A stretch of 64,000 nucleotides of DNA. It comes from an uncultured Gammaproteobacteria bacterium. GTDB taxonomy: Bacteria > Patescibacteriota > Microgenomatia > JALYQM01. A program made the position numbers and the translations under genes. The notes beneath the pieces are model-generated. The model was given only the letters and a program-made list of their open reading frames with translations. It was not told where the DNA came from and did not search any database. Numbering within the stretch: position 1 is the first letter of the stretch; the number at the start of each line of letters is the position of its first letter. The DNA lies in assembly GCA_964535655.1 (NCBI GenBank), contig CAZHTP010000002.1, positions 90,054-154,053 on the forward strand, read 5' to 3'. Below are positions 9,224 through 19,956 of the stretch, piece after piece.

Positions 9224-10677
9224 TGAAATATCAGCCAATCATCGGACTCGAAGTTCATGTCGAATTAAACACTAACTCTAAAATGTTTTGCTCCTGTAGT
9301 GCCGAGCATTTTGCTGTTGCTCCCAACACTCATACGTGCCCTACATGTCTTGGTTTGCCAGGCGCGTTACCTATTGTCAACAAGGTTGCTTGTGAATATT
9401 GTCTTAAAATCGGATTAGCACTCAATTGTGAATTACTCGATCATGCGGTGTTTGCACGAAAACATTATGCATACCCCGACCTACCTAAAGGGTATCAAAT
9501 TTCACAATACGAGCTCCCATTTTGTGTAAATGGTTGGATAGAAGTTGGCGGCCGTAAAATTCGCATTAAACGTGTTCATATGGAAGAAGATACCGGCAAA
9601 TTACAACACGACATGGTTGATGGTAAAAGTGTTTCGCTGGTCGATTTTAATCGAGGCGGCGTACCTTTAGTGGAAATCGTGACCGAAGCAGATTTTCGCT
9701 CGGCTGAAGAAGTAGAAGAGTATGCTCGTAAACTACAACAGTTAATGCGCTATTTAAATGTTTCAACCGCTGACATGGACAAAGGTTCAATGCGCTTTGA
9801 AGCAAATATTTCAGTACTTAAAACAGATGAAGATATTTCTGACAAACCTATTCCTGACGGCGAGTTACCAAAATTTAAAGTTGAAGTAAAAAACCTTAAC
9901 TCCTTTAAATCTCTTTCTGGTGCAGTCCGCTATGAAACAAAAGAACAGGCTGAAATTCTAGAATCAGGAAAAATTCCTAAGCAAGAAACAAAAGGTTTCG
10001 ACGATGCAAAGCAAAAGACAACCACCCAGCGCGAAAAAGAAGATGCCCACGATTATCGCTATTTCCCAGATCCAGATATTCCTCCAATGCTCTGGATGCA
10101 TCCAACAAAAAACGAACTATTAAAAAGTCTTCCAGAATTGCCTTGGGAAAAGAAACAGCGCTTTATGAGTGAACTCGGATTATCTGAATATGATGCGTCG
10201 CTCCTAACAGGGGATGTCGAACTGGCAGCCTTTTATGAAGCAGGTCTAGAGACGAATAAATCTCATGCCAAAAAATTAGCAAACTGGCTAACCGGAGAAT
10301 ATTATCGTCTGCAAAATATTAATACTGTACCAATCAAAGACTTGAAATTTAAATCCTCAGATATTATCGAAATCATTGAATTGGTCGACTCCGGAAAAAT
10401 TTCCTCGACCAACGCTAAAGTAATTTTTGAAGAACTCTTTACAAACGGTGGAAAACCGAGCACAATAATGTCAGACAAAGGACTTGAGCAAATTACCGAT
10501 ACCGGAGCTATCGAGGAAGCAGTTAAGAAAGTAATTACAGAGCAACCCAAAGCAGTCGCCGATTACCGCGGCGGTAAAGAAACAGTTATCCAATTCCTTG
10601 TTGGAATGGTAATGAAAGAACTTAAAGGTAAAGGTAATACAGAAGAAATAAAAAAGATTTTAAAAGATAACCTATGA
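9223..10677 (+). CDS. gatB: Aspartyl/glutamyl-tRNA amidotransferase subunit B
   Basis: GatB N-terminal motif (PIIGLEVHVELNTNSKMFCSC) and a C-terminal YqeY-like domain. Start overlaps the gatA stop. Confidence 0.9.
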   Translation: MKYQPIIGLEVHVELNTNSKMFCSCSAEHFAVAPNTHTCPTCLGLPGALPIVNKVACEYCLKIGLALNCELLDHAVFARKHYAYPDLPKGYQISQYELPFCVNGWIEVGGRKIRIKRVHMEEDTGKLQHDMVDGKSVSLVDFNRGGVPLVEIVTEADFRSAEEVEEYARKLQQLMRYLNVSTADMDKGSMRFEANISVLKTDEDISDKPIPDGELPKFKVEVKNLNSFKSLSGAVRYETKEQAEILESGKIPKQETKGFDDAKQKTTTQREKEDAHDYRYFPDPDIPPMLWMHPTKNELLKSLPELPWEKKQRFMSELGLSEYDASLLTGDVELAAFYEAGLETNKSHAKKLANWLTGEYYRLQNINTVPIKDLKFKSSDIIEIIELVDSGKISSTNAKVIFEELFTNGGKPSTIMSDKGLEQITDTGAIEEAVKKVITEQPKAVADYRGGKETVIQFLVGMVMKELKGKGNTEEIKKILKDNL

Positions 10678-10868
10678 CCGATAAACGCGAGTCTGGAAAC
10701 TTAGTAAAAGAACCACCACAAGAGCCTGGAATCGGGAAGATAATTGATGCCGTTCCCTTACGTACATTAAGTCCTATAGATACATTAATTCAAATACTAG
10801 GTACTCAACAGCCAGATAGAACTCCTCCTGCTGAAGCACCTAAAGAAAAAGAAGTAGGTAAACCCTAA
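10674..10868 (+). CDS. Small Pro-rich hypothetical protein (64 aa)
   Basis: ORF start overlaps the gatB stop codon (ATGA). No recognisable domain. Confidence 0.3.
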   Translation: MTDKRESGNLVKEPPQEPGIGKIIDAVPLRTLSPIDTLIQILGTQQPDRTPPAEAPKEKEVGKP

Positions 10869-10874
10869 TACTAT

Positions 10875-12485
10875 ATGGCAGAAGATATAATAGAGACCCG
10901 TGAAGGGCCAATTGATGCAAGAAATGCGGTTGATAAAGTTAAAGCATTCATGGATGCTGACGGAAAATCGTATGAACCTCCTCCAATACCTGACAGTCTT
11001 AAAGAGCTTAAAGTAAGCGCTATCGAAGCCGTTGCACTGATTGCCGAAGATGTTCAATTGCCCGGAGAAGTCAAAAAAATATTCAATCGCGAAAACCCTC
11101 GAGATTTCCCCGCTGATGCAGAACACGTCAGGCAAATGTACTTTAATGCAGAAAAGCTCAAAGATATCTATGTCGATAAAACAACTGGTCTTGAAACTAC
11201 TGCAGTAATGCGTAGAAAACTACTAGTAGATCTACGAGGTCACCTAACACAAGTACGTGATGTAATTGCTGAGTCAGGATCAATTGATGAAGCTGTTGCT
11301 GCAGTTAGAGGGAAATTGAGTGATGAATATCAAGATCAGCTTGATAAAGAGCTGCGAGTCGCGGCAACTGCAACGCACGAAGACATTGGTGATGATCCAG
11401 TCAAACAAGCAGCTGCGCGAGAAAAATTGACAAAACATATACTAGAACGAAATTTCCTACTTTCACATATGTCCACCATCGCCGTAGGAAGTTGCGATAT
11501 TCAGGGCATGAAAACTGCTAATACCTATTTTGAAATGAACCCTCGCAAGGATATGGACCCTGAAGATGCAACCAATATGCTTGGAATACGTAGACAAGGG
11601 AGAACGAAACAGGCAGTTACCAAATTGTCAGGAAATACAGAGTATAACGATTCACTTGCAAGTTTAGATGGTCAAACTGAGATAGTCTATTTTGACGAAA
11701 CAAAAGTAACACAGGTTTCCGGAGAATCATACGAGGCACGCGCCGGAGCTTTGTTAGGCGAAGAAAATCTAAAATTCCTGCGAGATAATAATATCCAAAT
11801 TATAGAATATCGTCGCCGAGTTGAAGCCGGCGATGAGGGTTCAGTTCTTGTAATCAAAGACCAAAAAACCCCAGATGGTAGACCTATCCCTATTAACAAT
11901 AAGAGACACAAAGAAAAAAATCGCACGGGTGAGCCTGATGACGTAGATGTACTTGAAAATGCATTAGCGCGAGCAAGTTATGTTCAAATTGGCGAATATA
12001 CAAAAAAACAGTCCAACAAAATAAAAAGCGTAATACGTTCATACTTCGGATGGCGTAGTTCTATTCCAGAGCAACAAGATACAGTCGAAGTGTATATTCA
12101 GGACAGAGTCTCCATTGTCAGAATGGATGAGGCACTTAAGCAATCAATTCAAGTTACCGATGCAGAGTATCAAGAAATTATGGAGAATCCAGAGCTTCTC
12201 ATCGAAAAAGCAATTGATGCTGCCTGGGCAGCTGCAGGGAATTCCATGGCCGAAGCGAAAGCCGATGAGCCCAAGAAGTATTTACGTGATGCGATTAACG
12301 GAGATCGCATGGCTCAATTGTATGTCGCTCAAAGTCACCTTAATGGCAGGGCTCTTGCTAACCCCGACAAACTTCGTCCACTTGTAACGGGTGCAGATTA
12401 TGTCGATAAGCGTAAGCTTAATCAACAGGAATTTGATGTTGTATATGCACAGGTCGAACAACGTACCTCAAAGTGGGATGAATAA
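10875..12485 (+). CDS. Acidic soluble hypothetical protein (536 aa)
   Basis: Long uninterrupted ORF with coding-like composition between gatB and dnaE. No TM helices and no recognisable motifs. Confidence 0.5.
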   Translation: MAEDIIETREGPIDARNAVDKVKAFMDADGKSYEPPPIPDSLKELKVSAIEAVALIAEDVQLPGEVKKIFNRENPRDFPADAEHVRQMYFNAEKLKDIYVDKTTGLETTAVMRRKLLVDLRGHLTQVRDVIAESGSIDEAVAAVRGKLSDEYQDQLDKELRVAATATHEDIGDDPVKQAAAREKLTKHILERNFLLSHMSTIAVGSCDIQGMKTANTYFEMNPRKDMDPEDATNMLGIRRQGRTKQAVTKLSGNTEYNDSLASLDGQTEIVYFDETKVTQVSGESYEARAGALLGEENLKFLRDNNIQIIEYRRRVEAGDEGSVLVIKDQKTPDGRPIPINNKRHKEKNRTGEPDDVDVLENALARASYVQIGEYTKKQSNKIKSVIRSYFGWRSSIPEQQDTVEVYIQDRVSIVRMDEALKQSIQVTDAEYQEIMENPELLIEKAIDAAWAAAGNSMAEAKADEPKKYLRDAINGDRMAQLYVAQSHLNGRALANPDKLRPLVTGADYVDKRKLNQQEFDVVYAQVEQRTSKWDE

Positions 12486-12627
12486 TTTATATCCAATGCA
12501 TGAAACATCCATTCTGAACAACTTTGTATCCTTGTCTTTCGTCTTCTAAAAGTCATACAATAAAGAAAAGTTCCATTAAAATTATTAAAGGATAGTTGCT
12601 AGATTTAGTCTAAAGGAAGCCATAATT

Positions 12628-15600
12628 ATGGGTGACTTTGTCCACTTGCACGTTCATACCGAGTACTCGCTGCTCGACGGTCTTTCCAAAATCAAAGATG
12701 CTATTAAGCGTGTCAAATCGTGTGGCATGGATGCTCTCGCCATTACCGACCACGGGTCAATGTTTGGAGTAATCGATTTTTATAAAGCGTGTTTAAAAGA
12801 AGAAATCAAACCGATCATCGGAGTCGAAACCTATGTGGCTCGTCGTGCTCACAATTTAAAAGAAGGACGACAAGATGCAGAGCCGTATCACTTGCTCTTA
12901 CTCGCCAAGAACTACACCGGCTATAAAAATTTAATGAAAATGATCTCTATCGCCCATATCGAAGGATATTACTATCGTCCGCGTGTTGACAAAGCCCTCT
13001 TAAGACAATTTCATGAAGGGATTGTTGCAACGAGTGCCTGTTTGGCAAATGACATCGCACGAGCGCATATTGCGGGTAATTACGACGAAGCAAAGCGAAT
13101 TGCACTGGAGTATCAAGATATATTTGGGGAAGGAAATTTCTTCCTGGAGATTCAGCGCCATCACTATCGTAATTATCTAAAAGAGCATGCCGTTGGGGAT
13201 GAAATCTATCGTGATCTTAATGACACCCAGGTAAAAGAAGATGCGGTGTATGAAGGTAACATAAAACTATCCCGCGAAACGGGGATACCGCTGGTTTGTA
13301 CGAACGACTGCCATTATGTTACCCAAGACGATGCCGAGGCCCAAGATTGCTTAATATGTATTGGTACCGGTAAGCAAATGGCGGAAACAACGAAGCGTCT
13401 ACGTATGGTTGATGCACGAGCGTATTATTTAGCTTCGGTCGAAGAGATGAAAGAGTGGTTCGCGGAAGTTCCTGATGCCGTTGAGAACACGGTGAAAATT
13501 GCCGAAATGTGTAATGTCGAAATTCCTATCGGAAAATCTGAGTTTCCGATCTTTGAAATTCCGGAAGGATTTGATCCTGACGGTTATTTAAGGCACCTCA
13601 CCTACGAAGGAGCTAAAACCCGTCTTGATATAAATGATCCGGTTGTTACAAAGCGTCTCGATTGGGAACTGGATATCATTAAAATGAAAGGGTATCCTAC
13701 CTATTTCATGATCGTAGCCGATTTTATGAACTGGGCAAGCAATAATGGGATTATCACCAATACCCGTGGCTCTGCAGCTGGATCACTCGTTTCCTATGCC
13801 ATGGGTATCACGTCAGTTAATCCACTCACGTACAATTTGCCATTTGAACGATTCTTAAACCCATTACGTCCTTCGACTCCAGATATCGATGCCGACATGT
13901 CAGACATTCATCGCGATGATCTTATTAATTATGTTAAAGAACGGTATGGGCATGATCGTGTTGCCCAAATCGGTACCTTTGGCAAATTAATGGCGCGCGC
14001 TGCAGTGCGTGACGTTGCCCGTACTCTAGGAATACCCATTAGTAAAGCCGATAAAATTGCCAAAATGGTTCCTGAAGGTTCACAAGGATTCGCTATGACT
14101 TTAACCCGTGCTCTGAATGAATCTTCAGAACTAAAGCAGTGGTACGATAGCGACTCCGAAGTCAGAAAAATCATTGATTTAGCTAAAAAAGTTGAAGGCA
14201 ATGTTCGTAACCCTTCAGTGCATGCCGCCGGCGTAGTTGTCTCGCCGGGACCAATGACTGACTTTACGCCACTTCGCATTGACGATGGAAAAATTATCAC
14301 CCAATACGATATGCATGGCGTTGAAGATGTTGGTCTGGTTAAGTTTGACTTTCTTGGTATTCGTAACCTTTCTATCCTCGGACTCGCGGTAGAAATGGTA
14401 AAAAAAGAAAAAGGTGTGGATATCGATTTGCATAAAATTCCCCTTGATGACCCAAAAACATTTGAGATTCTTGCCAAAGGGCAAACCATGGGTTTATTTC
14501 AGCTTGGTGGTTCAGGTATGACCAAATGGCTAGTTGAACTAAAGCCTGCTCGTATCGACGATCTAATGGCTATGGTTGCCTTATTCCGCCCTGGGCCAAT
14601 GGCGATTATTCCAGAATATATTAATCGCCGTTTTCATCCCGATAGAGTAAGTTACTTTGATCCACGCATGGAATCATTCTTAAAAACAACATATGGATTA
14701 ATCACATACCAAGACGATGTTTTAATGTGCGCTATTAATATGGCTGGCTACGATTGGCTCGAAGCAGATAAATTCCGTAAAGCAATGGGCAAGAAAATTC
14801 CCGAAGAGATGGCCAAGCAAAAAGAAAAATTCTTAAAAGGCTATGTTGAGCACGGCAAAGAATACAATGTTACCGATCAAAAAGCACAAGAACTTTGGAA
14901 ATTAATTGAACCATTCTCAGCATACGGATTTAACAAAGCCCATGCCGCAAGCTATGGAATCGTTGCCTACCAAACGGCCTATATGAAAGCAAACTATCCG
15001 GTGGAGTTTATGATGGCTGTCATGACTTGCGAATCAGGAAATATGGACACCATTACTGAGGCCGTTGCCGAATGTAAAAATATGGGAATTGAAGTGCTAC
15101 CTCCTGATGTAAATAAATCGCATATTGGATTTACCATCGAGAATGGTAAAGATATTCGTTTTGGAATGAACGCCATTAAAAACGTCGGTGAAGCCGCGGT
15201 TGAAGCAATTATCAAAGGTCGTGATGCTCATGGCTCGTTCACATCTCTTTATGATTTTTGTAAAAATGTTGATCTCAGGCCAGTAAACAAAAAAACTATT
15301 GAGTGTCTTATTAAAACGGGGGCAACTATCGCCTATGGCACTCGTTCAGCACAGTTATCAGTCCTTGAGCAAATTATGCAAGGTGCTGGTGCCGAACAAA
15401 AAAGTAAAGAAGCGGGTCAATCCTCGTTATTTGAAATTCTAGCAGCGGAAGCAACAGAAGACGATCCTGACGCAGGTAGCACTGAAATTCCTGTGCCAAA
15501 CTTGCCCGAGATAAATAAAAAGGAGATGCTTGCCTGGGAGAAGGAGTTACTGGGATTTTATTTAACCGAGCATCCACTTAAGGAAGCGCTTGAAAAGATA

Positions 15601-16350
15601 AATCCAGTCATCAACAAAAAACTAGGGGAGATTTCGATGGAAACTGATGTCGGGAAATATGTCAGACTCGGTGGTGCACTAGCCGAATGCCGCAAGATAA
15701 CAACCAAAGCCAGTGGCCAAGAAATGTGTTTTATCACGGTAGAAGATGATACAGGAAAGCTCGATGGGGTAGTGTTTCCGCGATTGTACGCTGAAACAAA
15801 ATTCTTTTGGGAGCAAGATCGCATCTTAATTATGGAAGTAAAAATTGAATCACGAGAAGAGAAAGTTTCTCTAATTGTTGACAAAGTCTGGGATTTAGAT
15901 CAGGTTGGAATAATTCCCGATTTTCAGGAGCGCATTGCAAGGCCACCTGGTGGCGGATTTGGCGGCGGAGGAAACTGGCCTAAAAAAGGAAATGCTGGAG
16001 AGGAAGGACAGGGTATAAAACGCATAAATCCCAATGATTATAAAATTGCGGAAGATGAACCAATCCTCCAGTCAATGCTTAGAGATAAACCCGCGAATAG
16101 GGGGGAAACAACCGTATCCTTAAAACGAAGCGATGAAGGATGCATTGAGGTCTATGTACCAGTCGGCACCACCAAGGAAAAATTATCAGAGCTGGCAATG
16201 CTTCTTCGTGAGCATAAAGGGCAGGATAAAATGGCCCTACTTGTCCCTAACGGCGAAGCTGACCTTAAACGAATCGACGTTCCGTACGGAATTCAGTACG
16301 GAATTGAGCTCAGGGAGATGGTGGAGGACCTTTTTATACCAAAGCCTTGA
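12628..16350 (+). CDS. dnaE: DNA polymerase III alpha subunit
   Basis: PHP domain ([13 protein letters not shown]), polymerase core, OB fold, then a Gly-rich linker ([11 protein letters not shown]) and a ~150-aa C-terminal extension. Confidence 0.9.
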   Translation: MGDFVHLHVHTEYSLLDGLSKIKDAIKRVKSCGMDALAITDHGSMFGVIDFYKACLKEEIKPIIGVETYVARRAHNLKEGRQDAEPYHLLLLAKNYTGYKNLMKMISIAHIEGYYYRPRVDKALLRQFHEGIVATSACLANDIARAHIAGNYDEAKRIALEYQDIFGEGNFFLEIQRHHYRNYLKEHAVGDEIYRDLNDTQVKEDAVYEGNIKLSRETGIPLVCTNDCHYVTQDDAEAQDCLICIGTGKQMAETTKRLRMVDARAYYLASVEEMKEWFAEVPDAVENTVKIAEMCNVEIPIGKSEFPIFEIPEGFDPDGYLRHLTYEGAKTRLDINDPVVTKRLDWELDIIKMKGYPTYFMIVADFMNWASNNGIITNTRGSAAGSLVSYAMGITSVNPLTYNLPFERFLNPLRPSTPDIDADMSDIHRDDLINYVKERYGHDRVAQIGTFGKLMARAAVRDVARTLGIPISKADKIAKMVPEGSQGFAMTLTRALNESSELKQWYDSDSEVRKIIDLAKKVEGNVRNPSVHAAGVVVSPGPMTDFTPLRIDDGKIITQYDMHGVEDVGLVKFDFLGIRNLSILGLAVEMVKKEKGVDIDLHKIPLDDPKTFEILAKGQTMGLFQLGGSGMTKWLVELKPARIDDLMAMVALFRPGPMAIIPEYINRRFHPDRVSYFDPRMESFLKTTYGLITYQDDVLMCAINMAGYDWLEADKFRKAMGKKIPEEMAKQKEKFLKGYVEHGKEYNVTDQKAQELWKLIEPFSAYGFNKAHAASYGIVAYQTAYMKANYPVEFMMAVMTCESGNMDTITEAVAECKNMGIEVLPPDVNKSHIGFTIENGKDIRFGMNAIKNVGEAAVEAIIKGRDAHGSFTSLYDFCKNVDLRPVNKKTIECLIKTGATIAYGTRSAQLSVLEQIMQGAGAEQKSKEAGQSSLFEILAAEATEDDPDAGSTEIPVPNLPEINKKEMLAWEKELLGFYLTEHPLKEALEKINPVINKKLGEISMETDVGKYVRLGGALAECRKITTKASGQEMCFITVEDDTGKLDGVVFPRLYAETKFFWEQDRILIMEVKIESREEKVSLIVDKVWDLDQVGIIPDFQERIARPPGGGFGGGGNWPKKGNAGEEGQGIKRINPNDYKIAEDEPILQSMLRDKPANRGETTVSLKRSDEGCIEVYVPVGTTKEKLSELAMLLREHKGQDKMALLVPNGEADLKRIDVPYGIQYGIELREMVEDLFIPKP

Positions 16351-16384
16351 TTTTATTATCAGGTATGTTAAAATCTCTATCTAT

Positions 16385-16756
16385 ATGGCATTAACATTTC
16401 AATCAACCAAAGTAGCAGATATTCGTGATTCAGCGCATATTGCAGATTTCCAAGTCGGTGATTCAGTTGTACTAGATACAAAAATCCAAGAAGGCGACAA
16501 AACTCGCGTTCAGAAATTTAAGGGAATTGTGATTCGAATTTCAGGTCGCGGTGAAAACAAAATGTTCACTGTGCGCCATATCAGCTCAGGTGGGATTGGT
16601 GTTGAAAGAACATTTCCAATCATCTCTCCATGGATCCAAAAACTTACAGTAGAAAAGCAAGGCGAAGTTCGCCGAGCTAAGCTCTATTACCTCCGCGATC
16701 GCAAAGGTAAAGCAGCTAAAGTAGTTAAAGCAAAAAATATTGCTAAAACCGCTTAG
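16385..16756 (+). CDS. rplS: 50S ribosomal protein L19
   Basis: Conserved L19 C-terminal motif ([18 protein letters not shown]). The start is placed at the Met of MALTFQ, because the listed longer ORF (16133) overlaps dnaE. Confidence 0.85.
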   Translation: MALTFQSTKVADIRDSAHIADFQVGDSVVLDTKIQEGDKTRVQKFKGIVIRISGRGENKMFTVRHISSGGIGVERTFPIISPWIQKLTVEKQGEVRRAKLYYLRDRKGKAAKVVKAKNIAKTA

Positions 16757-16775
16757 TTTTTAGTAAAGTAAGGGC

Positions 16776-17408
16776 ATGATTCTTGCTCATTCTCAATTTG
16801 AACAAAATTACTGGTCTTCAGGCAAAATGTATGTTGCCGGAATCGATGAAGTCGGGCGTGGCTGTTGGGCTGGCCCTGCCGTGGTTGGCGCAGTAATTTT
16901 TCCTCCTGAAGTTACGTTATCCTTTGAATTAGCTGATTCAAAATTACTCTCAGAAAAAAAGCGCGAAGAGATCGCAAGCCATATCTACGCCAGCGCATTA
17001 GCCTGTACCGTAGTCGAAGTTGCTTTATCAGATATAAATTCTGAAGGAGTGGGTAAGGCAATTCAAGACGGTTTTAGCACTGCGGCCGTTTCCATGCCGT
17101 TTGATCCAGATTTTGTGCTTATCGATGCATTCAAAATTAAGAATTACCCTGCAAAAAAGCAGTTAAACATCATTAAAGGCGACCAACAGTCAATTTCTAT
17201 CGCCGCAGCTTCAATAATTGCCAAAGTGTATCGAGATAAATTAATGAAGGAATTGCATCTCGAAGAATCCCGATATGGATTTAATATCAATAAGGGGTAT
17301 GGAACAAAAGCGCATCGCGAAGCCATTGCAAAACATGGCCTATGTCCTCATCATAGAAGTAGCTTTGATTTAGCAAAGTGGACTTCAGATGCCGAAAACA
17401 CACAATAA
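16776..17408 (+). CDS. rnhB: Ribonuclease HII
   Basis: RNase HII active-site region (GIDEVGRGCWAGPAVVGAVIF). The start may instead be the Met at 16827. Confidence 0.85.
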   Translation: MILAHSQFEQNYWSSGKMYVAGIDEVGRGCWAGPAVVGAVIFPPEVTLSFELADSKLLSEKKREEIASHIYASALACTVVEVALSDINSEGVGKAIQDGFSTAAVSMPFDPDFVLIDAFKIKNYPAKKQLNIIKGDQQSISIAAASIIAKVYRDKLMKELHLEESRYGFNINKGYGTKAHREAIAKHGLCPHHRSSFDLAKWTSDAENTQ

Positions 17409-17727
17409 ACTCTTGGGCGCGCAAGGCGAGGAACTCGCCACACGGTTCCTTATTCAATTGGGATACATCATTATTGAACGAAATTGGCGAACCCGCTATG
17501 GCGAAATCGACATCATTGTAAAAAAAGCCAATACACTTTACTGTGTTGAAGTTAAAACCAGAACCAACCTCTCGTACGGATATCCAATAGACGCAATCAC
17601 TCCTAAAAAAATCCAGCGAATGCAGTTAACAGCGCATATGTATGCTGCGTATACGCACTATACTGGTCCCTTAGAACTAATTATAGCCGAAGTAATTGGT
17701 AATCAATGCAGCCTTAGAAAAGTCTAA
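17389..17727 (+). CDS. yraN: YraN-family (UPF0102) endonuclease
   Basis: GEELATRFLIQLGYIIIERNWRTRYGEIDII motif. Overlaps rnhB by 20 nt. Confidence 0.75.
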   Translation: MPKTHNKLLGAQGEELATRFLIQLGYIIIERNWRTRYGEIDIIVKKANTLYCVEVKTRTNLSYGYPIDAITPKKIQRMQLTAHMYAAYTHYTGPLELIIAEVIGNQCSLRKV

Positions 17728-17803
17728 CTGCACCAATTGAACGTGTAGTGGTAAATTCCACTTAATAAGGGTATAATCATCATTACGGAAAAATAAGGAC
17801 TAT

Positions 17804-19645
17804 ATGGAACAGAAAAATATCAGAAATATCGCTATTATTGCTCACGTTGACCATGGTAAAACTACCTTGGTTGATGGGCTACTTAAGCAGTCTCACGTCT
17901 TTAGGGAGAACCAGGAAGAAATGTCTCAGACCACAATTTTAGACTCAAATACTCTTGAGCGCGAACGTGGTATTACCATTTTGGCAAAAAACACCGCCAT
18001 TCACTGGGGCGACTATAAGATCAATATTTTGGATACCCCAGGCCATGCTGACTTCTCAGGTGAGGTCGAACGCGTTCTTAATATGGCTGATGGCTGCCTT
18101 CTTGTGGTTGATGCTGCAGAGGGCGTTATGTCCCAGACAAGATTTGTTCTTAAGTTAGCTTTCAATGCTCACCTGACACCAATTGTTGTTATCAATAAAA
18201 TCGATAAAAAAGATGCCCGACCAACCGAGGTTCTCGAAGAAGTTAATGATTTATTCCTCGAGCTTGCTCAAGACGAATCTCAACTAGATTTCTCGGTAGT
18301 CTATGCAATCGGACGCGAAGGAATCGCTTCCGAGCATATCGAACAGAATACCGACGGCACCTGGGCTATAACTAAAGCAAAAGATTTATCGTATCTGTTC
18401 GAAGTAATTATCAATAAAATCCCGGCTCCAACAGGGGATGAAATGGGCGCATTTCAAATGCAGGTTACTTCCCTCGATAAAGACGACTACAAAGGAAAAT
18501 ATGTAATCGGTCGCGTCATGCGTGGAAAAGTGAAGAAAAACGATCAGTTAGGTATTTTACGTCCCGATGGTTCAAGTCAGAATAAAAAAGTTGAATATAT
18601 CTTTACCTACGAGGGCCTTCATAAAGTTGAGATCGAAGAAGCGGCAACCGGGGATATCATCGCTATCACCGGTTTTACCGAGGCAAATATTGGCGACACA
18701 TTAACGGATATAAATGTCAAAGAATCACTACCACCACTTCCCATTGAAGAGCCAACATTAAAGATGACTTTTTCTGTTAATACGTCCCCCTATGCCGGCA
18801 AAGAAGGAAAGTATTCAACGTCTCGCCAATTGCGTGATCGCCTCTATAAAGAGCTTGAAGCAAACGTTGGCTTGCGGGTTGAAGATGCTGAATCAACCGA
18901 TTCCTTCATCGTCTCAGGGCGTGGAGAGTTACATTTATCTATCCTTATTGAAACCATGCGCCGTGAAGGATATGAGTTCTCCGTATCTCGCCCTGAAGTT
19001 ATTTTTAAACAGGAAAATGGCCAGACAACCGAGCCATGGGAATTGTTAACAATTGAGGTTCCTGACGATTACACCGGTGTAGTAACAACCGAAATGGGCA
19101 TTCGAAAAGCTGAAATGGTAAACATGTTAAGCGATGGTAAAGGTGAAACTCGTTTTGATTATAAAATCGCTACACGTCACTTAATTGGATTTAGAAACCA
19201 ATTTATCTCAAATACATCTGGACGCGGCATTATGAACTCATTGTTCCTTGGCTATGAGCCTAAAGGCGACGACGTACCATTTAATCGCAACGGCGCGCTA
19301 ATTACTTCTGAATCAGGGGTTACTACAACATACGGACTTGCCAATGCTCAAGAGCGTGGTAACACTTTTGTTCCTCCGCAAACAAATGTATATGAAGGAA
19401 TGGTTATAGGCGTTAACGCTAAAAAAGAAGATATGCCCGTTAATGTATGCAAAGAAAAGAAATTAACTAACATGCGCGCTTCATCCGCTGATATTGCCGT
19501 AAAGTTAACGCCACCAATTATCATGTCGCTTGAACAATGCCTAGATTTCTTAGGGCCAGATGAACTGCTTGAAGTTACTCCGAAATCGTTGCGTCTGCGA
19601 AAACGCTATCTTACAGAGGTAGATCGACGTCGAGCATCCCGCTAA
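17804..19645 (+). CDS. typA: Translational GTPase TypA/BipA
   Basis: G1 motif AHVDHGKTTL, DTPGHADF, and EF-G-like domain order. 613 aa. Confidence 0.9.
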   Translation: MEQKNIRNIAIIAHVDHGKTTLVDGLLKQSHVFRENQEEMSQTTILDSNTLERERGITILAKNTAIHWGDYKINILDTPGHADFSGEVERVLNMADGCLLVVDAAEGVMSQTRFVLKLAFNAHLTPIVVINKIDKKDARPTEVLEEVNDLFLELAQDESQLDFSVVYAIGREGIASEHIEQNTDGTWAITKAKDLSYLFEVIINKIPAPTGDEMGAFQMQVTSLDKDDYKGKYVIGRVMRGKVKKNDQLGILRPDGSSQNKKVEYIFTYEGLHKVEIEEAATGDIIAITGFTEANIGDTLTDINVKESLPPLPIEEPTLKMTFSVNTSPYAGKEGKYSTSRQLRDRLYKELEANVGLRVEDAESTDSFIVSGRGELHLSILIETMRREGYEFSVSRPEVIFKQENGQTTEPWELLTIEVPDDYTGVVTTEMGIRKAEMVNMLSDGKGETRFDYKIATRHLIGFRNQFISNTSGRGIMNSLFLGYEPKGDDVPFNRNGALITSESGVTTTYGLANAQERGNTFVPPQTNVYEGMVIGVNAKKEDMPVNVCKEKKLTNMRASSADIAVKLTPPIIMSLEQCLDFLGPDELLEVTPKSLRLRKRYLTEVDRRRASR

Positions 19646-19956
19646 ATATGATATTCTACTAGTATGGATCAGGATATTATTATTGAAACAGACTTTCGCC
19701 CTGAAGCCCTCAAAAGGTTGCAATTAAAAACGGGCAAGATTTAAAAGACAAGCAGTGGCAGGAGTATGGAACTCTGTTTTAATGCAGCCATCGCATGGCT
19801 CATGACAATTTTGATTCAAAGGCTTTTTGCTTACAACCTGATACGTTCTGCCATTACATGCGTGATGTGGTTAACGAAGCCTCTTCAGAAATTTTATACT
19901 TTCAACCAAATACCAAAGAAAAAGTACTTGTCACCAGATAATAAAATGCTGGTTCA

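Noticed and set aside
16133-16384. N-terminal extension of the rplS ORF overlapping the dnaE 3' end
   Set aside because: L19 homology begins at the Met at 16385. The upstream part is in the dnaE coding region in another frame.
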